From NCBI RefSeq assembly GCF_033153115.1, contig NW_026889751.1, forward strand, positions 8,804,001 through 8,868,000: 64,000 nt of DNA, given 5' to 3'. The position numbers were made by a program, and so were the translations under genes. Of this stretch, positions 1 to 14,100 are shown piece after piece. Each line of letters opens with the position of its first letter. Positions within the stretch are counted from its first letter, which is position 1. The notes under the pieces are model-generated. The model was not told the DNA's origin and searched no databases. It saw only the letters and a list, made by a program, of their open reading frames with translations. The stretch is from Saccostrea echinata. Taxonomy: Eukaryota.

Positions 1-10
1 AAAATTTCAG

Positions 11-1394
11 ACTTGTGTAACACGGAGCCAGTACAACTAGTATTTGTTGTTGATACGTCTTTTAGCACATCAAGAAAAATATTTCAGCAACAAAAAGACT
101 TCATCTCTGATATCGTTTCAAGAGTAACTCTTGCAGATAATAAATTCAAGATAGCGGTTGCATCATATGGGGGAAATACAAACATTGACATAAAGTTTGA
201 TTCCTACAAAAACAATAAAACATTACTTCTTGAACAAATATCTAAGCTTTCATTCATGAATGGAACAACTGACATTCACAATGCATCGTACACCGTCAAG
301 AATTTCCTGAATGTCACTAAGGGAAGTAACCAGTTTGTGTTATTTTTCACGGACGGGATGCCATCTAATCTACAACTTGCTATAAACGGAACAGGAGAGT
401 TGCGGGCCCGTCTGCTAAATTCAAGTTCCCATAATGCTTTGATGTTTGTATCGTTTGGCAATGACGTCAGACATGTTGGTTTTAAGAAAATGTCGGGAGA
501 TCCGAGATATAAGGATGTGTTCAGTCACATTTCAATTAACCCATTCTATCAACTAGTAAGAAGGTTGATGGACGAAAAATGTGCAGGTATTATTTAACTA
601 TATATATTTGTTACGTAAATGTTGATGTTCATTGGACACATACATTACTCAAAAAATCATAAAATACCGTGTAAGAAAAGCATGTTTGTTAAACTTTAAA
701 ATTCAAATTACCTTGAGTTCTTTTGTCTTTGTTTAATCTAAATTTTTCTTAATTTTCAGCTTGCTATTATCAAGAGCTGGTGGATATTATGTTTGTTCTT
801 GATATATCTTCAATTATACCACTTAGTGCGTTCTCTGGAAGTTTAAGCATCATCTTTTCAATTTTAAAGCACCTAGAACCATTTGTTGTGCTAGCACCGG
901 ACCATACCCAACTAGGAGCAGTCTATTTCTCAAACGAACCTCATCTATTAATGCAGCTTAATCAATCTACGGATTTTAATAGTTTTGCTAGCAAACTTTT
1001 GAGCGTTTCTCAAGACAGCCATGGGTTTCAGAACGTCAGTTCCAATGTAGCAAAAGCTTTAGAATTCACAAGATCTCATCTCCTGTCCCCAGAAACTGGT
1101 GCGCGAGAATCGTCCAGAAAACTTATCATACATATTTACACTGGATTCGATTCTAATGCTACAAATTCTGCTGAAGTGGTAAAAGCGTTAACCTATGATC
1201 AAATCACTGTTTTTTCGATAGGAGTTGGAGACAAATACACATACGATGATGTCTTGTTAACCGCATCCAGCTCTTTTCATGCATTTTTTGCTGAATATGA
1301 TGAAAGGAAAGCTAAATGGGGACTGACGGAAACAGAATTAGAATTCATTAAAAATATTGATCATTTTACATGTACGAAAAGAATAAATACTTAA
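11..1394 (+). CDS. Gene 1 (3' end only): last two exons of an EGF/VWA-family secreted protein, VWA-1 (11-586) and VWA-2 (760-1394)
   Basis: Acceptor tttcag at 5-10. Exon 11-586 reads [19 protein letters not shown]...GTTDI...FFTDG (intact MIDAS), with donor gt at 587. Acceptor ttttcag at 753-759. Exon 760-1394 reads ACYYQELVDIMFVLDISS...CTKRINT*. Exon sizes (576, 635 nt) equal those of gene 2. Confidence 0.9.
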
Positions 1395-1741
1395 AATTGT
1401 TTTATCTTATACATTACAATTCTCTTTGCAAAAACTATGGTATATGTAGATGTATATTGTATGAGTAAAAGTATTTGTATTACATATTTATGACGTACAT
1501 TTGCTTTAATTTCGTTAGCCTTGAGAACAGGAAAAAAAAATAAATTGTCCTCTTTCCCCTTGAAAAAATTTGGGTCTTGACTTGAAAACTTCTTATATAA
1601 ACCACATATCTGGTATAAATCAGATGAAAAATTACAAAATTTTAAGTGAGAGAAAAATATATATGTTCTGGATATTATTAATTGAGAGCAAGATAATTTT
1701 ATCAATATTTTCTTAGGCTTTTTAAGCAAAATTAACGAAAA

Positions 1742-1744
<3 letters not shown>

Positions 1745-1777
<33 letters not shown>
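1745..1777. repeat. (CT)n microsatellite
   Basis: Visible directly. Confidence 0.95.
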
Positions 1778-1780
<3 letters not shown>

Positions 1781-2257
1781 GTGTTTTTGAGAGTTAATTT
1801 TTTACATAGAGAGATGCTCTACTCATAATTTTTTTCTATAAAGCTTGTGATTATGAGAGCAAATGAAATGCCTCACAGAGACTTAGTTGTGAAAATCATT
1901 GTTTGAAGGTAAGTAATATCAAAAACTGTGTATCGACACCTGATTTTTACAAGTAGCAAAGTCTGAATGAATTTGCAAGCATCTCTTATTTAAATCTCAC
2001 AATACTTGCAAAACCCTTTGTGTAGTTCTGAAATATACGACTTTTGTTGCAATGCGTTAACAAGAGATGTTTTAACATTCTTCATTTACCCAATGTTCAA
2101 ATTTATGTTGACTTTTCAATTGAGTAGTTTTCCTATCTATCTGATTTATATGTTTGCCGACGTGACTTTTGTTAATGTTTATAATGTTGAGGAAAAAAAA
2201 TGTTTCCCAATGTTGATTGAAAACAAGCAAACCCATCCTGAATTTTTTTTTTTTACA

Positions 2258-2263
2258 TTTTAC

Positions 2264-2296
<33 letters not shown>

Positions 2297-4332
2297 TCGT
2301 TTTCGTCCGTCGTCGTGCGTTGTGCGTTAATATTTGAACATTTTTGGCTTCTTATCTGCAACCGCTGAACCAATTTCAAACCAATTTTGGCATAGAACAT
2401 ATATGAGTGAAGGGGAAAAAATTGCGAATTTCATGGTCCCTGCCTCTCCCACCCCTGGGACCTTAGGGGTGGGGCCAAAACCATCAAAATGAGTGCAATC
2501 TTTAAAAATCTTTTTCTTTACTCCTGGACGTCTAGCAGTTAAACTGTTGACATTTTAATAAGCATTGAGCCTTCTACCAAAATTGTGAAATTCATTGCCC
2601 TGTGGTCAGGGTTTCTGTAGTTAGGACGGGGTTCTATTGAACATAGAGTGAAAATGCATTCATTCTTTGAAAATCTTCTCTCCTCTGTATATAAAGCAGA
2701 TAAACTAGGTACATGGTTAGGATGATCAAGGATGCCTCTTCCAAAATTGTGAATTTTTTTTTGGCACCAGGGTTAGGGGTTCTGCGGGAGGCTGGAGGGG
2801 GGCTCTATTGATTAAATGGTGAAAGTGCATTATTTCTTTAAAAAGCTTCTTCTATGCTCCAAGTATTTAGCAGAGAACCCAAGTATATAATTATGATGAG
2901 CAAGCCCGCCTGTTCCAAAATTCTGAATATCTTGGCCCTTGGGTCAGGGGTTCTGTTGTTATATTGAAATTACATTAATTATTTGAAAATCTTCTTCTAT
3001 GCTCCTGGGTATTTAGCAGATAAATTAAGTGCTTGGTTATGATGATGATCAAGGATGATTCTTCCAAAATTGTGAAATGTGTGGCCCCAGATTCATGGAT
3101 TCAGGGACGCCTCTTCCAAAATTGTGAAATTGCAGCCCCAGGTTCAGGGGTTCATGGGGGGGGGGTTATTTAATATTGGTGGAAATGCATTCTTTTTTTG
3201 TTGAAAATCTTCTTCTGTACCCCTGGGTATTTAACAGAAACACTAATTGCATGGTTATGATGAGCAAGGATGTCTTTCCAAAAAGTTTGAAATTCATAAG
3301 CCGGGGTCAGGGATTTTGGTGTTAGGGTGAGGCTCTTTTGAATATGTAGTAGAAATGCATTATTTCTTTGCAAATAAAATCTTCTTTTCTGCCCATTGCT
3401 ATTAAGGAAACATATTAAGTGCATGGTTATGATGAGCAAGAGTGCCTCTTCCAAAATTGTGAATATCTTGGTCCCTGGGTCAGGGGCTCTGGTATTAAGG
3501 TGGGATACATTGAATCTGTAGTGAAAATGGACTATTTCTTTGAAAATCTTCTTCTCTGTTCCTGGGCATCTAGGAGGACAAATATAGAATATATAAAGTT
3601 TTAATAAGCAAGTGTGTTTTTAAACCAGATTTCGAAATTCCGTACCCTTTGGACAATTTATTAATTTCTATTGAAAGAAGTTATTCTCCTTTGCTATTCA
3701 CCTATGATAGTTAATCTCTGTAAATAATGCAACTTAAAAGATCAATTGAATAACAGAATTACACAAAAATTTTATAATATTTAATACAAAAGTACTTTAA
3801 TAGTTTTTCAAGGTCAGGTAGACTTTATGATAATAGAAAAATGATTTGTTTGTTTTATTGTTTAACGTCCCTCGCGAGATTTTTTCACTCATATGGAGAG
3901 GCCACCACTTGCCGTTGGAGAGCTGCAAATTTTGACCTACACTCGACACTCAGGGCCATTGAGCAGTGAGGGATCTTTTTCGTGCCAGCACCCTCTGCGA
4001 CACGGGACCTTGGTTTATACGGTCTCATCCAAAGGACTGGTATCCACGTGCCACAGTGGGATTCGAACCCACGACGTAAAGATCAATTCCTTACTCCGCG
4101 ACTCTAGAGCAGATGCTCTTACCACTGCGCCACGCGGGCGACTGTAGATAAATGAAAATGGGACAAAATATCGTATCTTTGTAAATTGAATTATCTTCAA
4201 AGACTAAGAGAGGCCAATGCGAGGGGGAATGAAGTGCGTTAACTAATAGTGCTCTAGAACTATAATTCTTTTAAACCATATATGGATCGTTAGATTATAT
4301 ACTCAACTGACGGTTAAGGCCCTTGTGCCTTC
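2258..4332. mobile_element. Helentron/HINE-like non-autonomous element with degenerate internal tandem units (roughly 170-180 bp)
   Basis: 5' hairpin gtcacctgagtcactcaggtgac followed by a (cgtc)n microsatellite, repeated 'ttccaaaattgtgaa..aaaatcttctt' units, and 3' end gttaaggcccttgtgcct; a SINE is inserted inside. Confidence 0.65.
3845..4143 (-). mobile_element. tRNA-derived SINE
   Basis: Minus strand GTCGCCCGCGTGGCGCAGTGG (A box), GGTTCGAATCCC (B box) and acgttaaacaa tail; TSD tagaaaaatga / tagataaatga. Confidence 0.85.
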
Positions 4333-4387
4333 TGCACATGAAAAGTGGATTACTTAGCTTACAGTGATTTTTGTTTTACAAACATGT

Positions 4388-5180
4388 TTTATATACCAGC
4401 AATTTCTAAAGAAGGTTCTGGTAAATATGTTATCCTGGTCTGTCTGTCTGTCTATCACACTATCTTCTTCCTCAAACTCCTCTTTCATTTACGCAGAAGC
4501 CAAATCATCTTTGTAATATATTACTGGTGGTGTCCTGTAGATGTGATTTAAGGTTTCGGAATTTTCATTTTCATCGTAAGGGCAAATTCAGAGTTGAAAA
4601 ACCATGGTCTTCTACAAAAATCTTCTTTTAAGAACTCCTCCTATAATGAAATTGGTGATGTCCTGTAGATAAACAATGAGGTGTAGGTATTTTTATTCTC
4701 AGGGTCAATTTTAGGTCAAAACCTGGTTCGAAGTACTCCTTTTAAAATTTACGCAATTTCTAAATCATCTTTTGTGATATGATTGATGTGTCTTGTAGAT
4801 GTGCAAAATGATTTCAGAATTTTCATCCAGAAGGTTATTTGGGGGCCGAAAAACATTTTTTCTACAAACACCTAGTTTTTTGAACTTCTTTTATATTTAA
4901 CACGGTAGTTTTTTGGAGTATGATTCTCGGTGTCCTGTAGATGTGCAGTAAAATTTCGAATTTTTTATTTTCACCCAGGAATCAACTGAGGGTCGAAAAA
5001 GAGGTGTTTTTTTTCTCAAAACCGTGTTACCCACGAGAATTCCTCTCACATTGTAAGCAGTAGCTAAATCGTATTTTGGAATATGATTGGTGGTTCCTGT
5101 AGATGTGCAATAAGATTTTTCTATTTTTCTTTTCATTTTGGGGAACAATTTCTTTCCTTCTTTTTTTTACACAAAATTCT
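4388..5180. repeat. Degenerate tandem array (cctgtagatgtgc units, ~140-170 bp) preceded by (gtct)n; HINE-like fragment
   Basis: The motif ggtgtcctgtagatgtg recurs near 4530, 4660, 4790, 4930 and 5095. Confidence 0.55.
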
Positions 5181-5242
5181 TCTTGATTTTTTAAAACAGA
5201 ATTCATATTTTATTAAATTCTTCAATTATAGATTGGAAGTGA

Positions 5243-5290
<48 letters not shown>

Positions 5291-6184
5291 CATTGTCCGT
5301 CTGTCCGTCCGTCCGTCTGTAAACTTTTCACATTTTCAACTTCTTCTCAAGAACCACTGGGCCAATTTTAACCAAACTTGGTACAAAGCATTCTTGGGTG
5401 AAGGGGAGTTTAAATTGTTAAAATGAAGGGCCAAGTCCCTTTTCAAGGGGAGATAATCAAAAAAGACAAAAATAGGGTGGGTTCATTAAAAAAATCTTCT
5501 TCTCAAGAACCACTGGGCCAGAAAAGCTGAAGCTTATGTGGAAGCATGCTAGGATAGTGTAGATTCTAAGTTGTTAAAATCATGACCCCCGGGGGTAGGG
5601 CGGGGCCACAATAGGGAATCCAAGTTTTACATTGAAATATGTAGAAAAAATCTTTAGAAATCTTCTTCTCAAGAACCACTGGGCTGGAAAAGCTGAAACT
5701 TAAGTGGAAGCATCCTTTGGTAGTGTAGATTCTAAATTGTTAAAATCATGACCCCCGGGGGTAAGGCGGGGCCACAATAGGGAATCCAAGTTTTACTTTG
5801 AAATATGTAGTAAAAATCTTTAAAAATCTTCTTCTCAAGAACCACTGGGCCAGAAAAGATGATACTTATGTGGAAGTATCCTTTGGTAGTGTAGATTCTA
5901 AATTGTTCAAATCATGACCCCCGGGGGTAGGGCGGGGCCACAATAGGGAATCCAAGTTTTACATTGAAATATAAAGTAAAAATCTTCTTTTCAAGAACCA
6001 CTGGGTCAGAAAAGCTGATACATATTTGGAAGCATGCTGGGGTAGTGTAAATTTTAAATTGTTAAAATCATGACCCCCGGGGTTAGGGCGGGGCCACAAT
6101 AAGTACTACAAGGGGGAAATCAGATGAAAAACAACAAGGCCGAAGTTACTCAGGTGAGCGTAGTGGCCCATGGGCCTCTTGTTT
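5243..6184 (+). mobile_element. Pearl/CvA-like HINE element with ~166-bp satellite monomers
   Basis: Start ttttagctcacctgagctgaaagctcaagtgagc, (gtcc)n, monomers starting aaatcttcttctcaagaaccactggg at ~5492, 5658, 5824 and 5980, end caggtgagcg..ggcccatgggcctcttgttt. Confidence 0.85.
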
Positions 6185-7159
6185 AAAGAAAGCACGAGAG
6201 GCTACATGCTCACAAGAGTATTTTATCCTCAATTTGATACACGTATAACTATTATGGCTTCGTTATTAATTAACCTGATACGGAGGAGAGTACATTTAGA
6301 AGCCAACATTTACATGAAGGTTTTACTGTCTTATGACAACATCTAATTTTAATTATTAAGAGAGAAAATTACGTACAGTGTGATTTCTGCCCATCCCCCG
6401 GTATCTCGGTAGCATACCGTTAAACTTTGAAGTTTTGTTGTTCGCACAAAATGCGCGTAATAGGCGAAGACTACCCCCCCCCCCCACCCCACCCCCGACA
6501 CAATATATTTATATATTTTAAAAGTTCATAGAAATTTTTTTTTTTTTTCAAAAAATTGTGTTGTACCCTGATTACTAATATCCCGAAGCATCACTTACAT
6601 TTCCATTTACATTGGTATCTGAGCTGAGAATTGGCACCTTTAAAGAATTTTTGCTTTATTTTCATCGATTTACAAAATACGGGTAATTTTTTTTAATTGC
6701 TTGATAGGTAGGTTATGCAGCTTAGTCTTCTAAGTATTACATTAGGTTTATCTACCCGAAACTCCGGTATTACACTTTACTAGGCACAATTTATGTTATT
6801 TCCTAACGTTATTGTAAAGAACTTGATAAGAACTTAAAGAACTTTTTGGCTAGCCATAAGCTTGAAACATTTTAAATTTTCGGCTGTGATGTAAATCTAA
6901 ATTTTGAATAGTTCTATAACTTCCAACATTAATGATAATGTTTCACAAAATCATTATACCTGTACAAGGATGTCAACAATCTCGTTGAAAGTCAACATTT
7001 GACAAATTTTATTTATTGATACAATGACCTTTTTAGCAAATGCAATCTATCCCTAAGTCGAATGCTGATTGACGTTTTTCATATGAATTGTTAGGCCATT
7101 ATTTGTACACTGAATTGTCTACGGAATTTTTCCTTTTACCCGATCACGACAAAGATGAC

Positions 7160-7262
7160 ACGGCGGTTGTGACCGGTCGACAGGGAATGCTCACTCCTCC
7201 ATGACACCTGATCCCACCTCTGTTTTCAGAGGTCCAGGTTTGCTCTGCTCACAATTTGTATT
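7160..7262 (+). repeat. Dispersed repeat fragment (related copies ~10785-10890 + and ~39635-39712 -)
   Basis: Shared core gtgaccggt..agggaatgct.actcctcc..cacctgatcccacctctg. Confidence 0.55.
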
Positions 7263-8159
7263 GTTTCATTGGACTATGAACATGGGAGCTGTGCGTTATC
7301 TTTAGATTTCCTTGCTAACACTGCACACATAACTGAACATAAACAAGCAGAACTGGCATGTTGGTTTTGCTTTTGGACTCTCTCTTCTGACTTTTCTTAA
7401 TTACAATTTTAATGTCTCTATCAATATAGCGCCCATTTTCCTTTTTTCTTAAATATTAAAGATTAAGTTAAGAAATTGTGACGATGTATGACAATCAAAC
7501 ACACCCGAAATTCGGTCTGAAGTCAAATCGCAACACATAAGACATGGAATTCTAAAGATTATTTCTGGACAAAAATGATAATTTAGTTTTTTCATGATCA
7601 GTTAAGTACTGGGTCGGATTTCAGTAACAAAAAGCTCGTAAATTGAAAACATATTTTTATTATTTGCACCAATTCTTTGAATCGGTCTTTAAGATTACAA
7701 CATAGCCGTTTAAAGCACTCCCTGCGTTTAGAAAAAAAATACAATTTGGAATAAAAGATAAAAAAAAAATTGCACTGTTTAAACTTCCTATTCTTTTGAT
7801 CATTCTTATCTGCAATATGGACAAAAAAGGTACAATCTTAAACAAACAAGCGATAACTTGCACATGTCTGTGGTGGCTTTACATTCGGTTGGCACCCTCA
7901 AAACACTGAAAAATACAAGGTATTGTGTAAGCTCTATTAGCAATTGATCGAAAAAGCCATAAAAATTTTAACTTGAACTTTAGTCTTTCCCAGACAGTGT
8001 CTGTTTTATATCACTAGTGATAAAGTTTGGCCCTATTCAGTTTCTTTATTGTTGAAAAAGACTAGAATGATAAAGTAAGAAGTCCTGATACGTTTATCAG
8101 TATTTTTCAGACACACCGTCTTTAAATATTGGACGAGACGAGAAGAAATTTTTCAAAGG

Positions 8160-11100
8160 ATGATGGTGCATTTTCTGAAATTCATGTTTCCCGTGTACTT
8201 TTTCATAGCTGGTAAGTTTTTTTCCCTTGGTATATGGGATATACACAGTACTATTTTTCATATGTTCGATATCTTTTACTATTCAATATGAATTTTCACT
8301 TTTAAAATAAATTCATATTTTTAAAAGGTATCAAAGAATATTTCCATTGTTACTAATGTTAATCTAAGTGCTACCGACTTGCAAATAGGTCGGGCATAAA
8401 TAAACTTTGAAATTTTGTTCATCCATTCTTTTCTCCCTCTACTCTCATTTTTGTATTACAAATTTCGCCTTAAATCATGCTAAAAAAAACACATAAACAT
8501 GATAATATCAAGGAATACTTATGATGAGGATTTCATGATTTCCAAACATTTTAGGCTTTATGCTTGAGGAGTGGAGTCAGAACCTCCTAAATTAGTGCTA
8601 TATTAAATGAAAATGCTATTTTTATTCTTATAAATATAGCAGACAAATTCTATGCAAAATAATAATGAGGGATGAGTCCTCTAATTGTTATATTTTAAAA
8701 CTTTTAACGTAATTTCAAAAATTAGATTTTTGAATGCTTATGTGCTGAAGTTAATAGAGACATTCACTATTTGCATTGATTTAGCATAGTTTAAGAGTTA
8801 CAGACAGTTAATATTGTCGAATTTTTGCTAGCAATGGCCGACTTTTGAGTCAATTTGTTTGATAGTTACGTGGCACCCGACGATTTTCAAAATTCTCTTT
8901 GTGAAAAGATGAAGGCATCAAGTTAATCATAAAATATCTCAAGATTTAGAATTGAAAGTTAGTTCATAATTATTTTTTTAAAAAAATTACGATATTTAAG
9001 CTAACCGAAGTTTGAAAAAAATTGCCATGAAAACACTCAAAATTGCACAGTTTTCTTACTACTTCCTCAAGACTTAAAGAGGTGCATAAAGTTACCAAAT
9101 TATTTTATTTTCATTCTATTTCCTATAAATACTCATGAAAAGAATGAATTCCTGACAAAAGCTCAAAAATTTAATGTTTATCCTAAAGGTCCTTTACGAT
9201 TTGGCTTGTTGGTCATTTATTGATCATGAATAATCATTATATCTTTAAAAATCTTCTTTACTACCTGACATCTGCGGGCAACTATTAGCACACAACTGAA
9301 TATCAGCATAATGCCTGTGATATTGGTTTTGCGCCTTATGATGCATCAAAAATTAATACATGTATATGAATATGTGAAAAATGCATTTACCTTAAACGTT
9401 TTTAAAATGTCTTTTTTTCATTCCTGCACCTCTAACAGGCAACATGCACGACTCTAAGTCGCCACCAATCAAGTACCAAAATACTTAAATTTATGTCCCC
9501 TACTTAGGCTATGTTGGGAATATATTTATTATTCATTATATTTTGTTTTTTATAAAGCAACGATTTCTCCATTTCTCTGTCACAGAAAAACTGGTCCAGA
9601 TGAGGATAAGTTGATGTTATGTTGAAAAACTCATAATACTTAGTTGAATGTTAAACCTATGGAACTTTTTTGTTTATTTAATAATGATACAAGTAGTTTT
9701 TTTATATTTGGATATATCAGATGTATTTTTAAGGTGCGTACAATTACGTCCCAGAGGGAAACGTTCTGGTTAGTGATGACATCACAACAACAGTGGAGGT
9801 TAAAGAAGGAATTCCAGTAGGAAACCTGAATTTCAATCAAGTACATGTATGCAGTAATTTACAATATTACTTCTTATTTAGTTAGATCCTGATTTTATTG
9901 TGCCTATTTCTTGAAGAAGTGTCAAAGGTAAAGTGTTTATGGCTTTTCCATCATTGTAACATACGAACCGATAATGCAACATTTTCGTTCTTTTGTCAAC
10001 TTTATACGCATAATTTATATATAATGTAGATTTAAACATAGACTCAAATGTCTTTCTTACGCTTTGGAAGATTGTGTAATTTGCTGTTATACTTAGTATA
10101 AACAAAAAAATTATTATTATTTAATGGAATCACAATACCACGTTGGCATCTTTCGACTTCATGAAGCTTAACATTCTCAATTTCTTTTATTTCAGATGAG
10201 TACAAACGGGCTTATTACATTTCAAAAACCAGTTTATGATTATGTACCCACAAACCTGACAACGTATCCTCTGCTGGCTGCGTACTGGACTGACTTATTT
10301 CCAGTAGGAAATAACGGCGGTTATATGTACTATAAGATATATACATCCGGATCAACCCTCGAAGAAGCTAGTTCTGACGTAAGGTTGTTCGGCAAAATAT
10401 CTTCATTTCAAGCAAAATGGGTGTTAGTGACGACTTGGTATAATACAACCTTTTACCCATATTACAGCGGTTCAGTAAGTTTAGATATTTTCTTAAATTT
10501 TTATATCAATTTTTAGATTTCAAAAGTGTTTTTAAAGAAAGATAATTCGTAACACTTCTGTATTAGGTTTATCATTATCCTCATCATCGATCACTACCAT
10601 CACCATTTTCGAACACCTGTAAAAAAAAATATATCCCTGTATATATTTTAATGAGCACTTCAGTATTCTCGAAAGGATTAAAGAGAGTGTTGAAATTGTT
10701 GATCCTTGTCAGTACGATTTATGTCTTTCCTTTAAGATTGGAATGTGACAACTTGATTTAAAACATCGTTAACTACATTTTCCTCTTAGGCCCCTGATCC
10801 CTCCTCTTGTGTTTCCAGGGGTGCGTGTTTCTGCTCTGTGCACGATTCGTTTTACTAGCTGGATTTATGAGATTGAACACGGTTCTTTATCTTCACATTT
10901 TACATTATATTTCCTTTAGGTTCATTGATATGATAGAAGACATGTTTGGTAATCAAGAACACATATTTAAAAAAAAAAACAAGCTAAGGGCAACCGATAA
11001 AAATGCAAAAGCATGTCAAAAATAAAGTGTGTTTCTTTTAAATAGCAATGTGTATTTGATGTAAGTATAGTGTTTGTATCGCTTAATTAAACATGATAAA

Positions 11101-14100
11101 CAAAAAGATCATTTTTGAAAAGAAGAGTTTCATCTGTGGTAAACTTTAATTAATACAGAAAAAAAAATCTTTTTTTCAAAATTTCATTGTGTAATACTTG
11201 AAAGTATGTACATATATCCTATTTTTAATCTAATTATTCAAGGCAAAATACTAAATATTTTCATCTTTCCTTTTGAAAACAATTAAGTACGTTGTTGTTC
11301 TTTATCAAATTTTAATTTTAAATATTTTTGAAGCGAGTGACAGTGCAGTGCGTCTTAATAACTGACCATCTAACATCGTATGCTCTCTTTAACTACATCA
11401 ACGTCAATATTCCAAACGAAGGACAAAGAATAAGAATTGGATTTGATAATGGTACATCCTTTCACAACCAGTTTTCTTTCACACCGGCCACTTATCGAAT
11501 GAGCATATTCACTGGCAACACAGGTAACGTTGTCGAAATGAGGAAGGTAATAAACGACTTGTTTTTAAGAATCAATTCTCTGTAACCACTTTGACTTTTT
11601 GGCACGCTTGTTCATGATGAAACTTTGTCCATTATAAAAGGTTGACATCAGAAACACTAATTGATCGAAATTGGTTGCTATGCGTCTTGGTTGCCCAGCT
11701 AACAGCTAGGAAAATTTTTTTAAAAAATGATATTTTCAGCTATTTTATATCTTATTTGAGCCTAAATAAAGACTAAAATAAATTTCTAACCATTTTCTCA
11801 AAAACATAAGACCTCGTTGCCACTTATGCCATAAAGGAATTATTTAGAATATATTTCTAATTCAGTGACAACCATGGCTGCATTTTGCATGCATTTTACG
11901 TGCTGAAAACCACTCAATATTCACTAATGATAGATGATCAAACTCAGTCACCAATACAAAAAACAATCAAAATAATGACCATATGAAAAATGGTTATAGC
12001 AATATCATTTAATAAATAACTCTCATGGTTGCCATGGTAACACAGAAAAGCAACACAAAATTCATGCTCAATTTTGATTGATACTGCCATTTTAATGACA
12101 GACATGGAAAATCAAGACTGCATGTCCAGTATATGCTTTAGGATTTGCAACGCAGAAATAAATAATCGGGATTTATTGCTAGATTGTACTGTAACTCTGA
12201 AAACAGCATACCAGTTGTTTGATTTTTTGCTGTCTTGGGAATTTAGTTACCTTTGAATCAAGAGACATTCTTTCTAATTCACAATAAATTGTATAAATCT
12301 GTTGTATATCATTAAATTGATCAAGCTTGATTAAGAATTGCGTACTGTTGCTATGGTTACCAAGAAGGGATTGATTGATTGAATGTATGTTGTTTTACGT
12401 CCCATTCGAGAATTTTTCACCCATATAGAGACTTCACCATATAGCGGTGAAGGGCTTCAAATTCAGACCTTTACTCGGCACTCAGGGCCATCGAGCAGTG
12501 AGGGTTCTTTATCGTGCCTACTCCCACCGTCATACGGGGCCTTGGGTTTTAAGGTCTCGTCTGAAAGACCCATGACTTTCACTTCTTATACCGGGAGACT
12601 GGCTACCCTTGTTTACCTTTTAGTTTTGACGCGGCGCAACAAATGAGAATCGAACCCTGGCCTCCTGAGAGAAGCAAACGACCTACCACTAGGCACCGTG
12701 ATTATTAACTTTATAACAATATTGAACCTCTAACGTCTAGTTAGAGATTGTGTTAGAAATTGTGTGATTGCTAGAATTGAAAGTCAAGTAAGTTTTTTTA
12801 ATGAATATCAATAAGAAAAAATTTCAGAATTACATACAATGTTATGTAAAGAAGCAAAATATTTTTTTTAGATTATATATATTTTCCAATAATTTCCATA
12901 GCAACAGTCTATTTACAGAATAAAACTAGACCTTTCTGAAATGCAGAATTAAGGCAACACCATTGCTTTTAAAAAAAGTACATCCAGTTCAGAAGAAAAT
13001 ATGCTCTGTTAAAAGATAAGAACATATGAAAACATACAGGGAGTTCATTCGAAATCATTGATCGGTATAAAAACATTAGGAACCATTTCTAACCCCCCCC
13101 CCCCCCCCCAAAAAAAAAAATCACATTTCTTCTTTAAATATATGACACGGATCTTTTGCTATTATTTGGTGGCTTTTCAACCATAATTGCTTCTATTTTT
13201 TTGAACGTATGACTTATCAAAATAAATGAATAAAATTGTAGTAATTCAATACTTTGTTTCTATATGAAACGTATTGAATTGTTGCTTTCCCAAATATGTT
13301 TATGATGCTGTAAGGTATCAAGTTGACTTTTGGAAACAGTCAATGTCATCTTTTTGCATTGCTGCAAACTTTATAAATGGGAACTTTGCACATTTTGAAA
13401 ATGTTCGGTCAGACATTGGTACATGTTTCTATGGTAAAAGTGAACATAGCTACCATTTTCGTCTTGATATCAATTTATGGTATTATACACTTTTATCATA
13501 GTAATTTTGAAGAAATTCTGTGACTGTGTATGTCACGGCTCATATAAACTCTAAAAACAATGATGCTATTTTAATTTATCTGTTGTAGGTTTGGCTGGAA
13601 TTTGGTTTTACACTCTAGCAGCAGGTATCAAAGGAAATAAGAAAAAAGAGCAAGGGTCACTTAGGGCCTTTTTTGGCCCTGTGAATTTCTGAAAAATTCG
13701 AAACTGCTTATTATTAGTTGACAATGCAGTATTTTTTACTTGGACCCTTGGTGACCGTTTATCTATTAAACATGACGTAATTTTCTCTCTAGTCAATGCA
13801 CTATGACGTCATGAAATGCGTCATTTTTTCCCATATCTTTTGAATTCCTTTACAAATGGCCAAAAGTTGAAGATTTTTCAATATTTATATAGAGCACAAC
13901 CTCTGATCCAAATTATCAAATTACATAATGAAAAATCAGTTTCTAAAGATCATAACACATGATGTAATGTTGGGCTGTGCTCATATTTTAATTCTTTGCT
14001 GGAGATAGTCAAGTGCACCTGTTTTCTGCAATATTAAAGAACATTGCATTTTCACAAAGCCTGTTTTAAAATACCTGGATTCTCAAAAAGAAATTTTGTT

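Noticed and set aside
276-461. Conserved antisense ORFs opposite VWA exons (also 17697-17888)
   Set aside because: They are shadows of the conserved sense-strand coding sequence.
3893-4147. Recurrent ORFs LTYTRHSGPLS (also 12383, 45288, 50194) as a small protein family
   Set aside because: They are antisense translations of SINE copies with inconsistent frames.
5490-6100. CRISPR-like regularly spaced repeats
   Set aside because: Whole ~166-bp units repeat with no unique spacers, the context is eukaryotic, and there are no cas genes.
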